Source: a virus (taxonomy: Duplodnaviria > Caudoviricetes). From it: a stretch of 64,000 nucleotides of DNA. The first letter of the stretch is position 1. Every line of letters begins with the position of its first letter. The notes below the pieces were generated by a model that saw only the letters and a program-made list of their open reading frames with translations, made no database searches and was not told the DNA's origin. The stretch lies in IMG/VR virus record IMGVR_UViG_3300032007_000010, one strand, 5' to 3'. Shown here piece by piece: positions 17,201 to 25,488 of the stretch. The translations under genes were made by a program, and so were the position numbers.

Positions 17201-18765
17201 GTGTGATTAAGTATCTGCTCACGGCCAACATCGTGGATCCGCATTCCGAGCTCAATATTGTGCTCGAGCTCGAGAATGATCGCCTCGTGAAGCTCAAGGG
17301 TCCGTCCGGCATGAATGAGGATCATTCTTTCACCATCGAGAAGCGCGCCTATCATCCCTCCATGAAGGGTGTGGTTGGCATGAACTCGGTTCCGTCGGGC
17401 GAGGTTGGAATCGGTAGACATATGGTGATAAATCCCAATGTGGTGGATGCTCGCGGTTTCATGGATCTGGATAAGAAAGATTATTCCGGTTCCCAGATGG
17501 TAACTCCCGGAGAGGCCATGCAGGTTTTCAGTCCAGAGTCTTCGGATATTGAGCGTCTGGCCATGGCCATCTCCCAGACCAAGCACGTGGTACCTGTTGT
17601 CGACACCGGATCCTGCCCAATCTCGTATGACATGGAGCGTGTGATCCCGTACTACTCCAACGATTTTGCTCGCACCGCAGAAAAGGATGGGACCGTGGTG
17701 TCCATCTCCAACGAGATTTTGATCATCAGGTATGATGATGGAACCATCGAGGATGTGGATCTCTCCAAGAGACCTGCCAAGAACACTGATGGTGGATTTT
17801 TCGTGATGAACCAGATGATAACCAGACTCAAACCCGGAGACAAGGTCACCAAGGGTCAGCTCATCGCCTGGGATCCGAAATACATCAACGAAAAGGATAT
17901 GTTCCATGATCCGCTCGCCAACCTCGGAACCATGGCAAGGGTTGCGGTCGAGACAAACGGTGGTGTCTTCGAGGATTCCTGCTTCATCACAAACAAGTTC
18001 GCACATCGCATCGCCACAAAGATCACACGCCAAAAGAGAGTCATCCTCTCCAAGTATGCGAATGTTAAACACATGGTGAAGCTTGGGCAGGATATCGGAG
18101 CCAATGAGGCGCTGCTGACCTTCGATGACACCGAGGATGCGTTCACCTCGCAGATGCTCGCGGCCATGGCCGATGAGGCGGGGGATGAGGACGAGGTCAT
18201 CGCCACCAACGCTCCGGTTATTTCCAAGATATCCGGAAAGGTTGTGGATATCCAGATCTTCTACACCGCTGACCCCAACGAGATGACACCGTCGCTGCGT
18301 GCGGTGATCGAAGACTATGCAAAACGGGTGGCCAAGCGCGAAAACAGTCTCGAGAAGTACACTTCCACGCTGGATTCGAAAACCATCATTCATCCCTCCG
18401 AGCGATTGATCCCCGATTCCAATGGAAAGGTCAAGGGTGTGAAACTCCCCGATGGAATCATGATCGACTTCTACATCGAATATGAAGATGTGGCCTCGGC
18501 CGGTGATAAGGTTTCCTTCCATAGTGCCATGAAGGGTATCATCTCCAATATCATCCCGGACGAGCTAGCACCCTATCCGATCGATGATCCCGAGCATCCG
18601 ATCGAGCTCGATGTGTCCTGTATCGGCATCTACAAAAGAATGCTGAACGATGTGATCAAGCTCGGTCTGACCTGCAACCTGGTCATCGATAAAAAATATC
18701 AGCTCCGGGACAAGTATGGTTCTCGGATCAAGGAAGAACTCGCAAAATACAGAAACGCAAAATGA
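14206..18765 (+). CDS. Multisubunit RNA polymerase beta-like subunit (probably virion RNAP, phiKZ gp178-like)
   Basis: 1519 aa; beta motifs KGPSGMN..KRAYHPS, PSGEVGIGRHM, RLAMAISQTKH, FEDSCFI, GDKVSFHSAMKGIIS; long N-terminal extension; late promoter. Confidence 0.9.
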   Translation: MIKLQMVPPFRVNRVVPPVIMPENPGDRKKYQAFMVLAPSPEQELNFLSNSSLLRFRNLTRYFVPKRWSHTFKGRGVVVSKPNANGEYTALLNQYRRGNLRGIDDVSSFLPSATSRTLMKGYNLLLECNHVTRDIMNNPKDHRPMYLRAQEIFDEWVKIHDSASVNGGDANYLGAYNVDVVIPMNLWFGKADYANPAKIFKRTPSNTNIMSYIIQLLIDPINAKHFGRIHFISDDLVMTFDTANYPNAWTKKGRIEEEAHSLFVKFLTKCNGSIDVDDELLSQSSEDEEPKTFDQRVRMIAADRRAKQLMGKDPEGSMDVTDDEPTAPTIPVQKKTTPTSVYQTRVRQQELQRAREDIIGQRRDESRGRYLDAKTDVVVDTLLKKVGADLDDQETRDAVKNVVLKNIDVGKVPIQRDPVSGDPVAILSHPVFDVDLHSAEDVDALLAAKTAGNSVQSNKRDEMLREKYKELNIGDVPLKDVLEHQAQLKIPESTIPARTVNEDMKTNSFNNFEKAYMQNLFSYDLSRILMHFSHVNPAMYLYKDIQVEDVSTPTDRMIRYTVNYEDTTRKRHRFSFLLPKMYNYKYLYLNDQKMNISHQKLPFPVTKVSPDKCQLVSNYNKIFTERYGGNLSPLITKLKKIFGGPEAPNGSIVTKGNSNPLNKNRMTTIEYDDIGSIITQIRMGDRRNDTTIYFIVDEAATVIDQSWIAKAPVRAEMREHGDTADDCFPLAVRHYPNKQVTYYFLSGRSNHVYACGPNQNGDPAGGEDCGELAEFLAELSAEVGIISREMLKETTSGSRFVYSRSKAMNQWIPTVLLCAAADPGGLTAVLEKAQIEFEFVEKKPTLGDEKACIAFADGYLVYNRYPYENSLLLNGLNTFPTKNYSFYDMDTFDAYVQIFDTMFGARYLNEGLRNFYYLFVDPITEDILARLKMPTDFTRLMLYCNDVLADNHYQIDSDYHNSRIRSNEIILAHLYYELASAWGKYRTGRAESFSIPENCVIKYLLTANIVDPHSELNIVLELENDRLVKLKGPSGMNEDHSFTIEKRAYHPSMKGVVGMNSVPSGEVGIGRHMVINPNVVDARGFMDLDKKDYSGSQMVTPGEAMQVFSPESSDIERLAMAISQTKHVVPVVDTGSCPISYDMERVIPYYSNDFARTAEKDGTVVSISNEILIIRYDDGTIEDVDLSKRPAKNTDGGFFVMNQMITRLKPGDKVTKGQLIAWDPKYINEKDMFHDPLANLGTMARVAVETNGGVFEDSCFITNKFAHRIATKITRQKRVILSKYANVKHMVKLGQDIGANEALLTFDDTEDAFTSQMLAAMADEAGDEDEVIATNAPVISKISGKVVDIQIFYTADPNEMTPSLRAVIEDYAKRVAKRENSLEKYTSTLDSKTIIHPSERLIPDSNGKVKGVKLPDGIMIDFYIEYEDVASAGDKVSFHSAMKGIISNIIPDELAPYPIDDPEHPIELDVSCIGIYKRMLNDVIKLGLTCNLVIDKKYQLRDKYGSRIKEELAKYRNAK

Positions 18766-18770
18766 TAAAA

Positions 18771-18800
18771 AGAAACCCCTCCATGATCGGAGGGGTTTCT
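18771..18800. terminator. Bidirectional terminator hairpin
   Basis: agaaacccctccatgatcggaggggtttct between convergent genes. Confidence 0.7.
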
Positions 18801-18819
18801 TCTCTGCATTGTGTTCCGT

Positions 18820-19167
18820 TCATTGATGCGACTTCTGGTAGTCATTCCAGAGCCGCTCGAACATGGTCATCGGATTTACCACCAAGAAATTCGCAGTCTC
18901 CGACTCCATGCGCTGATGTTTTTCGAAGACACGACCCGCGATGGATATCGTACAGTATCTGAAATACCACTGTTCCCGCATCCACTCATGACGACTCATC
19001 TTCTCACCGACATCGCCGTAGAGGTGATCATAGTCCTCACTGTACTCATCGTAGAGTTCGGAGAGCTTGTCGAATCGGCGCTGCCACTTTCTGAGAGTAC
19101 TCTCGACGAGGTTCTTGCGGATGGCATCCATGTTCGCCCTGCGATCTTTCACTGTTTTCTTTGACAT
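18820..19167 (-). CDS. Hypothetical protein (early-promoter driven)
   Basis: 115 aa, AAGGGG SD, early motif at 19203..19227. Confidence 0.65.
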   Translation of the reverse strand: MSKKTVKDRRANMDAIRKNLVESTLRKWQRRFDKLSELYDEYSEDYDHLYGDVGEKMSRHEWMREQWYFRYCTISIAGRVFEKHQRMESETANFLVVNPMTMFERLWNDYQKSHQ

Positions 19168-19254
19168 GACGTTTATCCCCTTTCTGAAATCATAGCATTG
19201 TCTGCTTCCTTCACAGCTATGATATATGATTCCGGAGGCAGATAAAACCAGAAA

Positions 19255-19953
19255 TCAGATCAATTCCTTGAACTCGAAGTATCTGAGCACCTCGTTGAGA
19301 TCGCCCTTGAAGGCCATGCTCGATCCGTCCTCGAACATGACCATGGTCTTGACCTTGCACTCGAATATGCTGTAGCAACAGCACGCCGCCTGGATCTCCA
19401 TCACTCCATCGATGAGCTGGCGATAGTAGTTGATGAAGTGCATGAGCTCACCGATGGTGCTGATGTCTTCGACAAGATCATACACGGTATACAGGTCTTC
19501 GTCACCATCGTAGGATGCGTCCATGCGATATTTGATCGACATCTTTTCTATGGTGGCAAGACGAAGGTAGGTGTTGATCGGAATTTTGGTATAGATACCA
19601 CCGATGCCACTCTGGATAAGAATCATCGCATCCTTGTGCTTTTCGGAGAATTTTTCGAGCTTTGAGTGCATCATGCGGGTGTTGAACGGTTTGAGCTTTT
19701 CTCCGTTCGCCGAAATGAGATAGTTCTCGGATTTGAGAAAATGGAACTCTTGAATTCGGCGATTGTCGATCTTGCGCTTCTTCAGCCGCTTGAAGAGTTC
19801 GTGCTTCCAGCCGCCCTTCTTGTACGGGTTGCCCTTCTGGTGTTTGTTCTTTTCCTTCTGTCTGTCTTCTTTTTCGACGCGTTTCCTATCCTCTGGTGTG
19901 CGCTTGATGAGCGTGTAGAATCCGTCGGAATCTCTGTACTTATCCTTGGCCAT
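19255..19953 (-). CDS. Hypothetical protein with N-terminal RDSDGFYTL motif and basic N-terminal region
   Basis: 232 aa, AAGGAG SD. Confidence 0.7.
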   Translation of the reverse strand: MAKDKYRDSDGFYTLIKRTPEDRKRVEKEDRQKEKNKHQKGNPYKKGGWKHELFKRLKKRKIDNRRIQEFHFLKSENYLISANGEKLKPFNTRMMHSKLEKFSEKHKDAMILIQSGIGGIYTKIPINTYLRLATIEKMSIKYRMDASYDGDEDLYTVYDLVEDISTIGELMHFINYYRQLIDGVMEIQAACCCYSIFECKVKTMVMFEDGSSMAFKGDLNEVLRYFEFKELI

Positions 19954-20599
19954 GTCTTTTCTCCTTCATGTATTGCAGTGCATCAAAATAGGATCTGCTG
20001 TGCTGTTGCGTGGAATTCCTGGCATGGAGATATGCCGCATAGTCATCGATGATTCGATATATCTCTTCCCAGCTGTGGGCTCGGATGACCGTGGATGTGG
20101 GTCCCTTATCTATGTCGGAGGACCGGTTGTGTGGCATATCTGGCATGATCCCAAGATAGTCACCGAGGAGATTGTGTGGACCATCGTCAACCATGACATC
20201 GCACCGAAGCAACGATTTGTTCCAGATATTCATGATGTTGCGCTCGTTCACGAATGGGAAAAGTTTCAGGAACATATCATAGACCTTGGCATGCCAGCTG
20301 ACATGCTCGGCCGCGGTTGCGAAGTAGATCTCGTGGCCATCGTCCATGAGTCTTCGCAGATATATGTCCGCTTCGGGGACCATCTCCACACCCTTCCAGA
20401 ATCCCGGACGACGGAGGGGTTCGATGATCTCATCGTAGCTATGTCCCGGAAATACCTCAGACAATTCCCAGCTGGTCCAGTCCTCGACGGTCATATCGAG
20501 TCCAAACATGCGATTGGTGTGTGCCACCCAGGCCCTGGTGAGCTGTTCGACCGTGTCGTCCATGTCGACACAGACTATCAGTTTTCTGCGATCTTTCAT
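19940..20599 (-). CDS. 5'(3')-deoxyribonucleotidase (NT5C, HAD family)
   Basis: DMDDT motif I, FATA motif II, K..L..DVMVDDGPHN motif, PHNR. Confidence 0.9.
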   Translation of the reverse strand: MKDRRKLIVCVDMDDTVEQLTRAWVAHTNRMFGLDMTVEDWTSWELSEVFPGHSYDEIIEPLRRPGFWKGVEMVPEADIYLRRLMDDGHEIYFATAAEHVSWHAKVYDMFLKLFPFVNERNIMNIWNKSLLRCDVMVDDGPHNLLGDYLGIMPDMPHNRSSDIDKGPTSTVIRAHSWEEIYRIIDDYAAYLHARNSTQQHSRSYFDALQYMKEKRHGQG

Positions 20600-21330
20600 T
20601 GTCCACCTCCCAAATTCATCAACACACGCAAACTACCATCAACGCTCATGTACCGATCCAGCACCACAAACCCGTCATCGTCGCGGTTCGCCGGAAAGCT
20701 CGCGATGGATAGATTGGCTCCGCCGTGTCTTTTCCGCTCCTTGTCCCACCACAGATACACACGCGCATTGTATATTCTGTTACCCACCGGGAAATCTCTG
20801 ATACCCTTCGGGTCGAGCTTCAGCTTGCCATATCCCGGGAGACGTATGTGCCCATTGCCGAACACCTGTGATTCGATGTCATAGGTGGAGCGGATGTGCA
20901 TGTATGGATATTTGAGGTTGTAGATTCTCCAGAGCTTATGATCATACAGGCTCCAGCGAATCTTCTCGATGGTATCAAAGCGCTCGAGATGATGCTGCAC
21001 ATACTTTTTCATGTGGACCATCATGCTCTCGCCGAATTCCAGATGATCGATGAGCATGGTCTTGGACATGTTCTCCGTCACATGCTCATCAAGGAAGTAG
21101 AACCCGAGGTTGTCCCAGGCCTCGTTCCCATACTCCCGAGCCCGTTTGCATTTTCGACTGCGCAGCGTGCGAATTATGTTTCCCTCCATGTAGTTGGCAT
21201 AGATCTGGTCGTAGGCACGCTGGAGTTCGCCGAGATCATCGAGCTCGCGGTCGTCCAGCTCGATGGCGATGGAATGGTAGGTCAGTGATCTATAATTTTT
21301 ATGGTCATTGCCGTGACGCATAATACTCAC
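20596..21330 (-). CDS. Possible TnpB-derived protein (REC/WED-like part only, no RuvC)
   Basis: GNGHIRLPGYGKLKL..RIYNARVYL..LSIA resembles TnpB 'kikLPKlGwvk..kyyNpRis..ylSv'; no GxDxG RuvC-I or zinc finger follows. Confidence 0.4.
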   Translation of the reverse strand: MSIMRHGNDHKNYRSLTYHSIAIELDDRELDDLGELQRAYDQIYANYMEGNIIRTLRSRKCKRAREYGNEAWDNLGFYFLDEHVTENMSKTMLIDHLEFGESMMVHMKKYVQHHLERFDTIEKIRWSLYDHKLWRIYNLKYPYMHIRSTYDIESQVFGNGHIRLPGYGKLKLDPKGIRDFPVGNRIYNARVYLWWDKERKRHGGANLSIASFPANRDDDGFVVLDRYMSVDGSLRVLMNLGGGQ

Positions 21331-21429
21331 TCCGTTCGTTGTCGATTATTATACTGTAATCGACCCTGTACTTTTCGAAAATATTTTTCATCAAAATTTC
21401 GTATTTATATTATTAAATAAAATGATCAG

Positions 21430-21660
21430 TGAACAACGGTCTCCCTCTCCGGTCACCGCTCGGATTTTTGCTCTCCAAAAATGCTCGGGTTCCCCGGGGC
21501 CTTACGTACTGGGGAGACGTATCCCGTTCGAGAAACATGTATCTCGGACGATGTGCTCACATCGGTGGTATGACAGAGTCAATCTGTCACCATGACAGTC
21601 GATGGATCGTACGCCGTGTGGCTGCCGAAGGCCGAGCCCATCATCCTACGATACTTCTAT
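21430..21660 (+). ncRNA. Putative structured non-coding RNA (strand uncertain)
   Basis: Non-coding GC-rich stretch made of consecutive hairpins, downstream of an AT-rich TATATTAT promoter-like tract. Confidence 0.45.
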
Positions 21661-21685
21661 GAAATAATGCGCGGCGAAATCTGCC

Positions 21686-22312
21686 ATGGCGTTCCTTGGT
21701 GTACAAAATGATCCGATGAACATGATTGTAACCAAATATCCTTTCCTGATCAGGAGGTGCCAGAGTATGTTGTATGTGATAACCAGCAATGATGTTCCGA
21801 TCCGAAGTGTCCATGACTACACCGGTGGCTACGAACTATCGTTGCTCCATCAATTTTCGAGTCCCGTGATGCCCGGGAAGATGATCTCATCCTATGATCT
21901 GTTCGTGCAGGATGAAACCTCGCTCGAGGATGGACTCGATTCCTCACATCTGATCGACATCGAAGTGCACGAAAGTCCATCCATCTTCTCCTCGCTCGAG
22001 GAGATGTCGGAGCTACTGCGTGCCGCCGAGCTGAGCGAGGAAGAGAAGGACGAAGATATCAGATCGGAGATCCGAGTTGTGTGCGCTTGCAAGTACCAGT
22101 GGAACAAGGAGATCACCAGGCAACTCGGATCCTATCTCGGTGATCGAGACTCGGAGATCATTCTGATCAACCTGTTTACCGAGTTTCACATACCCTCGAT
22201 GGATCGTCTGGCCAATACGCTGAAAACCACGTTGAACACCACCTTCATCTATCCAGACGATCCCATCTCCTTCGGCTACGCGCTCTACCAGGCGCTGGGA
22301 GGACTGCTATGA
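21686..22312 (+). CDS. Hypothetical protein
   Basis: Probable start MLYVIT near 21767 (AGGAGG SD); overlaps the next gene. Confidence 0.65.
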   Translation: MAFLGVQNDPMNMIVTKYPFLIRRCQSMLYVITSNDVPIRSVHDYTGGYELSLLHQFSSPVMPGKMISSYDLFVQDETSLEDGLDSSHLIDIEVHESPSIFSSLEEMSELLRAAELSEEEKDEDIRSEIRVVCACKYQWNKEITRQLGSYLGDRDSEIILINLFTEFHIPSMDRLANTLKTTLNTTFIYPDDPISFGYALYQALGGLL

Positions 22313-23115
22313 GAGTGCCCAAGGTTCACTATAACCAGGACCTGTCCGATCAGCATCGGAACTCTGCCCCCGGCCCCGCCCGCGAAGCGAACTCGGCGGT
22401 GGCCCTCAGCAAGATACGGCGCGAGGAGTGGAAGGACAAGAAGATGTACGAGTCGGCCCAGGTCACGCTGAAGCCATCCGAATATGTGGACGATGTCTCC
22501 ATGTTCGAGGATGATCCGAAGGAACTCCACAAGTTCGTGGTCAGGACCAAGTTTCTGATCCGAGGGTCCTGGGAGTACACCCAGCTCATGTCGTTTCTCA
22601 AGAAATATCGTGGCATGTATTGCTGTGGCGTGCACAACAACGTCAAGAAATGGGACGGCTTCGACATCTCCATTCACCACCTCGGTCTAACCATCGAGGA
22701 CATCATCTACATCGTTATCAACAAGAGACTCAAGCGCGGCGAGGATCTCAAGCAATCGTCGATCGGAAAGGAGGTCATGTTCGATCACTACATCGGACTG
22801 GTATCCCTCTATCCACTCTGTGACATATGTCACTCGTACATCCACGGCGACAGCAACGATCTCTTCATACCCTTCGATGTGGCCTTCGGCGATCCCGAGG
22901 CTTTCTTCGAGATCTACGACGAATACATCCCCGAGGCCCTCAAGAGCAAGTTCAGAAACATCGTCGAGATGACCAAGGGGTACAACATCATCAAGAACGA
23001 GATACCGGACGAGCTCCGCAAGCATCTGATCTACATCGATTCCGATGCTCAGATCCCCGGGGTGTCCAAGACCAAGCTCTACGACCTCATCACGAACCTA
23101 TCCAAACCCGATTGA
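22309..23115 (+). CDS. HNH-like conserved jumbo-phage protein
   Basis: C..H / IHH / LCDICHSYIH pattern; paralog of 32417..33049. Confidence 0.55.
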   Translation: MRVPKVHYNQDLSDQHRNSAPGPAREANSAVALSKIRREEWKDKKMYESAQVTLKPSEYVDDVSMFEDDPKELHKFVVRTKFLIRGSWEYTQLMSFLKKYRGMYCCGVHNNVKKWDGFDISIHHLGLTIEDIIYIVINKRLKRGEDLKQSSIGKEVMFDHYIGLVSLYPLCDICHSYIHGDSNDLFIPFDVAFGDPEAFFEIYDEYIPEALKSKFRNIVEMTKGYNIIKNEIPDELRKHLIYIDSDAQIPGVSKTKLYDLITNLSKPD

Positions 23116-23281
23116 TTTTATACGGATCGATCAAACAATCATATACCGCTACTCTCGGAAGACCATGGGACCCATTTTCCACGGGGCCTCATGGTCTTTT
23201 CTCATTTCCCGATGAACTATATACTATAGAGTCGATATGAAGATTCGGACACAGATAAGAAAAGAAGGGAAGTGACCATTC

Positions 23282-23944
23282 ATGGTTCCGGATTACATCA
23301 TAGCAACGGATGGAAGCGCGAGACCAAATCCGGCCGGTGGCTACTTCACCGGCTATGCATTTGTCATCATGAACTATCACAGCGCACAGTTCATGACACA
23401 CAGTGGACCGCTGGGCGACAGTCCCATCGCCTATGCGGAGGCCTGGGCCCTGTACCAGGCCATACGACAACTCAACGTGGTTGTCGATAATACATACGAG
23501 GAGGATCGAGAGAAATATCGCAAGCGCGGTGTGAACCTGCTCGCGATCACCGACTCAAAGCTCCTGGTGGATACCTTCAACGCATGGATACCCTATGCCT
23601 GGGATACGAGTGATTATTATCATTGGAAGAAGGCCGATGGATCCGAGGTGAAAAACCAGGATGTGTTCCGATACACCATCAAGGCGATGGAGCGTCATCG
23701 GATCAACATGCGCATCGTGCACATCAATTCACATGTGCACGACAAGGCGCTGCGTAATCATATCATCGCGAAGATGAAGCGAAACATGGTGCGCATGGAT
23801 AACTGGACCGCGGATGAGCTCATTCGCATGAATCAGCGCGCGGATGACCTGGCCCAGGAGGTCACCGCGAAGCTCATCGATCGAAATCTCGATACTCTGC
23901 GATTGAGCAGTGACGCCAAAAATCGGAGGTGGAAAGCCACATGA
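23282..23944 (+). CDS. rnhA: Ribonuclease HI
   Basis: TDGS, AEAWAL, ITDS, VKNQD, HINSH, NQRADDLA catalytic motifs. Confidence 0.9.
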   Translation: MVPDYIIATDGSARPNPAGGYFTGYAFVIMNYHSAQFMTHSGPLGDSPIAYAEAWALYQAIRQLNVVVDNTYEEDREKYRKRGVNLLAITDSKLLVDTFNAWIPYAWDTSDYYHWKKADGSEVKNQDVFRYTIKAMERHRINMRIVHINSHVHDKALRNHIIAKMKRNMVRMDNWTADELIRMNQRADDLAQEVTAKLIDRNLDTLRLSSDAKNRRWKAT

Positions 23945-25434
23945 CCGGACATGAAAAGATCATGCAGCTCCGGAAAGAGCTCGATATTCCAGAGCGTGAT
24001 GAATCGGACTACGATGCACGCGATCGTGCCGAGATGAGGGCGAGGGCTGCGCGCATCGAACAGGCGGCGACGCAGGAGGAGTATGTGAAACTCTTCAACA
24101 GATCCTACTGGGATGATCGTTGGCTTGGTGCGCCGGAGGATGATCCGGGATTGCTCTCGACGGTTCCGTTCGTGGAGGCAAAACCAATGAGCAAAAAAGA
24201 GCGAAAACAAGAAGTTGAGAAGGCCCGCCGCGAATGGCGGGCCAAGTATGTCCCGAAGCTCAAGACCATACATCTCGACGCGGAGGAGAAGGAATCCAAG
24301 ACTGTGCGGAAGTTGCGCAGGAAGCGCAGACGTGCCGAGGAACAGCGCGAGTGGCAGAAGAAGATCGATGTGTCCTACTGGTTCCTCGAGCATTGGTGCA
24401 CACCGTTCTATGCGTGGGAGGTCACACGTGAGCACGGATCCAGCACCGAGGAACTCGTGAACTGGTGCTATGACTTCGTGAGTTCCTGGGCCGAGGAAAT
24501 GACCGGCAATCGGGTGCTCAGCGTTGAGGAGGGCTACGAGCGTCTACAGGCTCGGATGCGCGATGCCAGAGACATCGTCGAGGACATTGATGGGATGAAG
24601 TTCAGGCGACTCGAGGTTGCGGAGAAGCGGAGAAAATCCTATGTCTGCGACCCGATGGAAGATCCCTTCCCCGACATTCCCGATGAATATTGGGAGGAAT
24701 TCCTCGCCTGGTCCAAGGAACACAAGCTGAAGAAATTCAAGAAGGAAGCGGAGCGCTATGCGTACTACGGCAAATATCTTGTCTCACCGGAGGGACTTCA
24801 GCGCTGTGCATTCCTGAAGTTCATCAACAAACGCAACAAGACCTGGCGAAACAATCTCATGCTGCATGACCCGATGACCGGTGCATCGTTTGTTTCGGAG
24901 AAACAGATGAAGAAGCACATACATCGACAGCTGCGGAGCTACGACAAGCGTCGCAAGCAATTCGTAGAGATGCTGGATGATCTCGTGGCACGTGGGCAGC
25001 TTTCCCAGGATTATGCGGATCACATGATGGGTGACACGAAGCTCACCCGCGATCGCATCCGCGAGCGCTGGAAGCAGGACTACGAAAGACTCAAGCTCCA
25101 TCAGAAGGAGGAGAAGAAGCGCTACAAGAAACAGAAGGAATCCTACAATGCCCGAAAGAAGTGGTTCGAGAAGTATGGCGGCAACATCGCCCAGGCTCCG
25201 TTCACCATCACCACCGAGGGTGGCGATCGGATAAGCGTGGAGCTCATGGGAAATGATCCGAAACATCCGATCTATAAGATCGATGATCAGGCGCTCGGAT
25301 CGACGAGCTATTCGGAGGGATCGTTGGCGACGGCGCTCGACATCGGTGCTGAACCTGAGCCACCGCGCAAACTCGAGAAACCACACTTTGGTGATGACTA
25401 CTGGGAAGAGTATGCCAGGCTGCCAAATTATTGA
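23941..25434 (+). CDS. Hypothetical highly charged helical protein
   Basis: ~497 aa, GGAGG SD, overlaps the rnhA stop codon. Confidence 0.75.
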   Translation: MTGHEKIMQLRKELDIPERDESDYDARDRAEMRARAARIEQAATQEEYVKLFNRSYWDDRWLGAPEDDPGLLSTVPFVEAKPMSKKERKQEVEKARREWRAKYVPKLKTIHLDAEEKESKTVRKLRRKRRRAEEQREWQKKIDVSYWFLEHWCTPFYAWEVTREHGSSTEELVNWCYDFVSSWAEEMTGNRVLSVEEGYERLQARMRDARDIVEDIDGMKFRRLEVAEKRRKSYVCDPMEDPFPDIPDEYWEEFLAWSKEHKLKKFKKEAERYAYYGKYLVSPEGLQRCAFLKFINKRNKTWRNNLMLHDPMTGASFVSEKQMKKHIHRQLRSYDKRRKQFVEMLDDLVARGQLSQDYADHMMGDTKLTRDRIRERWKQDYERLKLHQKEEKKRYKKQKESYNARKKWFEKYGGNIAQAPFTITTEGGDRISVELMGNDPKHPIYKIDDQALGSTSYSEGSLATALDIGAEPEPPRKLEKPHFGDDYWEEYARLPNY

Positions 25435-25488
25435 GCTTCGGCATGGGATATATATTATAATCGCGAGGAATGATCACAAAGGAGTGAT

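Noticed and set aside
17440-17475. VDARGFMDL in the RNAP beta subunit as another RDxDGF motif copy
   Set aside because: It lacks the leading R and the acidic position, and corresponds to a conserved folded beta-subunit segment.
20596-21430. Active IS200/IS605 element
   Set aside because: No TnpA or recombinase, no RuvC motifs and no recognisable element ends; the gene is integrated into an operon.
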